DNA from: a virus
Lineage: Duplodnaviria; Caudoviricetes
Virus record (IMG/VR): IMGVR_UViG_3300049049_000264
Location: 1 to 37,875 of that record
Strand: one strand, 5' to 3'
DNA length: 37,875 nt
Every line of letters begins with the position of its first letter. Position 1 is the stretch's first letter. Position numbers and translations under genes: made by a program. Shown here piece by piece: positions 35,196 through 37,875 of this stretch. Under the pieces are notes generated by a model. That model was not told the DNA's origin, ran no database searches, and was given only the letters and a program-made list of their open reading frames with translations.

Positions 35196-37070
35196 GTGGC
35201 GTCAAACGATCTCGTCTTTGTTGCCGCCCCGTTGACCACGGGCGACTTGGTCTTCGGTGACGACGGCAGCAATCCCATCAGCGATGCCGTCATCAGCGGC
35301 ACAATCGCGCTGGCACGGCCGACCTTGCGGGGGGTGGTCACGCTGGGCATCGTTGCTTCCGGCACGGTCGTGCTGACGCGCCCCACGCTGACGGGTGAGA
35401 TCAAGTACGTCTCGGATACCCAGCGGCCGCTGGTGGCGCAAGCGGCCGTGCGCTTTCAGGACGCTGACCCTTCGCCGGAACGCGTGCAGCATCGGTTCCA
35501 AGATGGCATCGCGATGCCCGCTGCTGCAGAAGGGCGCTTCCAAGACGCGGCGCGCTTGTCGGTCGGCAAGGGGATCAGCTGGCAGGAAGCCGATCGAACG
35601 AAGCGGCAGTCGATCGCTGGCCGTTGGCAAGACGGACTCAAGATCCGGACCGGCGCGCGCGCGCGCTTCCAGGAAGCGATCCGGGCGCCGCGAAGCCTGC
35701 GCACCCACTTCGAGAACGGCGCGAGCACCTTGCGCGGATGGACGGCCAAGTTCAACGACGGGCTTCGCGTCCCGAATCGACAGGCAGTGCGGTATCAGGA
35801 TGCCGTGGCATTGCAAGTCGCCGTGGCGTCCTCGGGCGGCTATGCGCTGAAGCTGCAGCGCGGCTGGACCACGAGGTACCAGGAGGGTATTCAGCCGCGG
35901 CCCGGCCGCACGGTGCTCGTGCCCGTGATTCCGCCCGTCGACCCTTGCTACACGCCTGACGGCGACCTCGTTTTCGAGGTGCCGTGGAGCGCGGACACCA
36001 ACTTGGTGTTTGTTTGCGAAAAGCACACGCCCGAGCCGGGCGAGACGGTCGTCATTCCAGTTCGGAGGGTATACGTCGTGGAAAACCACATCACGCTGCA
36101 TCGTGTAGACACAGGTGCGGCCATCGAGGCGGACGCCTTCAGCATGAGTCTCGACGTGGACTCGTGGACCTGGACCTGGAGCGCCTCGTTGCCAGCGAGC
36201 GCCTTGGCGCTGATCGAGCCGGGCGGCGATGGCGACCCCGTCGACATTGAAACTTCAGTCAACGGCGTGGCTTTCCGCCTCTGCGCCGAGAGCTACAGCC
36301 GCGAGCGCAGCTTCGGCAAGGCGCGCATTCGCGTGCAGGGCAGAGGGCGCGGCGCCATCCTCGACGCGCCCTACGCACCCACGTTGAACCACTTCAGCGC
36401 TGGCGCACTGACCGCGCAGCAGCTCGCGGCATTGGCGCTGACCATCAACGGCGTGGGCATCGGCTGGGACGTGGCCTGGGGCCTCGAGGACTGGAACGTG
36501 CCGGGCGGCACCTGGAACATTCAGGGCAGCTACATCACCGCGGTGCAGGACATCGTGAGGGCCGCTGGCGGCTACGTGCAACCTCATCGCACGGCCGCGA
36601 CGCTGCGCGTGCTGCCGCGCTATCCGGCCACGCCGTGGACCTGGGGCGCGCTCACGCCGGACTTCGAGCTGCCGAGTGCCATCGCGAGCGTGGAGGGCAT
36701 CGAGTGGCGCAGCCTGCCGGCCTATGACCGCGTCTTCGTCGGTGGCACCACCGCCGCGGGCGTGCTCGGCCAGGTCACACGCGCCGGCACCGCCGGCGGG
36801 TCGGTCGCGCCGATGGTCACGCACCCGCTGATCACCGACGCGATCGCCGCTCGGCAGCGCGGTCTCGCCGAGCTCGCGAACACGGGCCGCCAGGCGCTCG
36901 TGACGCTGCGCATGCCGGTGCTGGCCGAGACCGGAATCATCCAGCCGGGCGCGCTCGTGCGCTACGTCGACGGGTCCACCACCCGCCTCGGGCTCGTGCG
37001 CAGCACCTCCGTGAGCTGGGACCGCCCCGTCCTGCGCCAGACCATCGGCCTCGAGACCCACGTGGACTGA
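35196..37070 (+). CDS. Tail tip/hub protein with ~14-aa periodic repeats
   Basis: Repeated [FWY]Q[DE][AG]; C-terminal LD.DSW.W..GGYVQPH..YDRVFVGG..HPLITD. Confidence 0.72.
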   Translation: MASNDLVFVAAPLTTGDLVFGDDGSNPISDAVISGTIALARPTLRGVVTLGIVASGTVVLTRPTLTGEIKYVSDTQRPLVAQAAVRFQDADPSPERVQHRFQDGIAMPAAAEGRFQDAARLSVGKGISWQEADRTKRQSIAGRWQDGLKIRTGARARFQEAIRAPRSLRTHFENGASTLRGWTAKFNDGLRVPNRQAVRYQDAVALQVAVASSGGYALKLQRGWTTRYQEGIQPRPGRTVLVPVIPPVDPCYTPDGDLVFEVPWSADTNLVFVCEKHTPEPGETVVIPVRRVYVVENHITLHRVDTGAAIEADAFSMSLDVDSWTWTWSASLPASALALIEPGGDGDPVDIETSVNGVAFRLCAESYSRERSFGKARIRVQGRGRGAILDAPYAPTLNHFSAGALTAQQLAALALTINGVGIGWDVAWGLEDWNVPGGTWNIQGSYITAVQDIVRAAGGYVQPHRTAATLRVLPRYPATPWTWGALTPDFELPSAIASVEGIEWRSLPAYDRVFVGGTTAAGVLGQVTRAGTAGGSVAPMVTHPLITDAIAARQRGLAELANTGRQALVTLRMPVLAETGIIQPGALVRYVDGSTTRLGLVRSTSVSWDRPVLRQTIGLETHVD

Positions 37071-37072
37071 CC

Positions 37073-37294
37073 ATGCGAAACATCTACCGCGTCTTCCTCG
37101 ACCTGCTGCCGGCGCGCCCGCTGCAGGTCGGAACGATCACCGCGCTCGACGGCGAGGTGGCCACCGTCGAGTTGCCCGGCGGCGGCCTGCTGACCGCGCG
37201 CGGCGGCGGCAACGTGGGCGACCCCGTGTTCGTGCGTGACGGCGTGATCGAGGGCGAGGCGCCCGCGATGCCCGTCGAAATCATCGAGATCTAG
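37073..37294 (+). CDS. Small tail-associated OB-like protein (73 aa)
   Basis: PLQVGTI..VELPGGG....RG..VGD.VFVRDG.IEG.AP. Confidence 0.75.
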   Translation: MRNIYRVFLDLLPARPLQVGTITALDGEVATVELPGGGLLTARGGGNVGDPVFVRDGVIEGEAPAMPVEIIEI

Positions 37295-37304
37295 AGAGAA
37301 AGAC

Positions 37305-37700
37305 ATGGGCGACTTCATCCAACTGTTCACCGAATTGAAGGGCGTGCTGGGCGGCGCCGCGGCCGTGGGCGTCTCCGTGGCGCTCTACCTGTGGAGCCAG
37401 CGCGGCCAGCGGCAGCTCGACGGCGCGAACACAGAGGCGAACGTCTCTGCGATCGCTCATTGGAAGGACGTCGCCGAGCGTTCCGACACGGCGCTCGTCG
37501 CGATGACGGCCCGCGCTGACAAGTTCGCCGAAGAGAGGAACGAAGCCTACAAGCAGCTGGCCCGAATGGAGGGGCAGCTTGCCGAAATGAACCGCCAGCT
37601 CGAGGCGCAGAACCTGAAGCTGGAAACACAGAGCAAAGAAATGCAGGGCCTGCGCGACCAGGTCCGCAACCTTCAGGAGCAAATCCATGCACCGCGCTGA
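37305..37700 (+). CDS. N-terminal TM + coiled-coil protein (lysis cassette, holin/antiholin-like)
   Basis: TM VLGGAAAVGVSVALYLW followed by a heptad-rich C-terminus; position after the tail genes. Confidence 0.55.
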   Translation: MGDFIQLFTELKGVLGGAAAVGVSVALYLWSQRGQRQLDGANTEANVSAIAHWKDVAERSDTALVAMTARADKFAEERNEAYKQLARMEGQLAEMNRQLEAQNLKLETQSKEMQGLRDQVRNLQEQIHAPR

Positions 37701-37875
37701 CAGTGACTTCGGTCCCCTCGAACCTGTGAAGCGCTTGCCGCGCACCATGCGGCACGTCTTCAATGCCTGCGTCGTGATCGGCGGACTCGTCGGCGGGGGC
37801 GTGAGCATCGGCTACTTCCTCGGCGTGCAGCAGCAGAAGCAGGACTCGCTCGCGGAAATTGCGCGCCTGCAGGTG
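37687..37875 (+). CDS. Membrane protein, truncated by window end
   Basis: ATG 37687 with AGGAG RBS; TM VFNACVVIGGLVGGGVSIGYFLGV; no stop before the edge. Confidence 0.6.
   Translation, partial: MHRADSDFGPLEPVKRLPRTMRHVFNACVVIGGLVGGGVSIGYFLGVQQQKQDSLAEIARLQV

Larger units (their letters stand above)
1..37875. mobile_element. Temperate prophage (siphovirus-like, lambda-type head, primase-helicase replication); both ends extend beyond the window
   Basis: Contiguous integrase, immunity, replication, terminase, head and tail modules; no host housekeeping genes seen. Confidence 0.97.

Noticed and set aside
32253-37070. Possible diversity-generating retroelement or invertible tail-fibre system
   Set aside because: No reverse transcriptase, TR/VR repeat pair, invertase or inverted crossover sites seen in the window; the region beyond the right edge is unknown

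Overview
The whole window is the left ~38 kb of a GC-rich temperate siphovirus-type prophage. The host is probably a betaproteobacterium such as Burkholderiales (inference from GC content and gene families). It starts exactly at the ATG of a P4-like tyrosine integrase, so att lies outside the window. Order: (1) int convergent with an AlpA-type excisionase; (2) a tightly coupled leftward early operon with an ASCH-like protein, MazG-like NTP pyrophosphohydrolase, a 787-aa C5-DNA methyltransferase with ~10 tandem TRD-like repeats, dNMP kinase, a DUF2303 pair and several tiny genes, two of them absent from the ORF track; (3) an immunity region with PL/PR promoters carrying an AGTCTAG-N5-CTAGACT operator, a DUF4124 exported moron, cI, cro, an antisense gene and cII; (4) a TOPRIM primase/SF3 helicase followed by a converging-iteron origin; (5) a gpZ-like gene, terS, terL (GpA) and a Mor-like activator; (6) lambda-type head genes; (7) non-contractile tail genes including a SPRY-domain tail protein; (8) the start of a probable lysis/membrane cassette, truncated at the right edge. 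I saw no CRISPR array, tRNA, IS element or reverse transcriptase. No new system can be proven from sequence alone. The best leads are a Mor-like activator with a duplicated GTCTCA-N15-TGAGAC late-promoter element apparently replacing N/Q antitermination, a cos-like element upstream of the primase rather than terS, near gap-free translation across cis-elements, the multi-repeat methyltransferase, a 47-aa acidic DNA-mimic candidate with no basic residues, and an anti-SD hairpin on the immunity-region moron.
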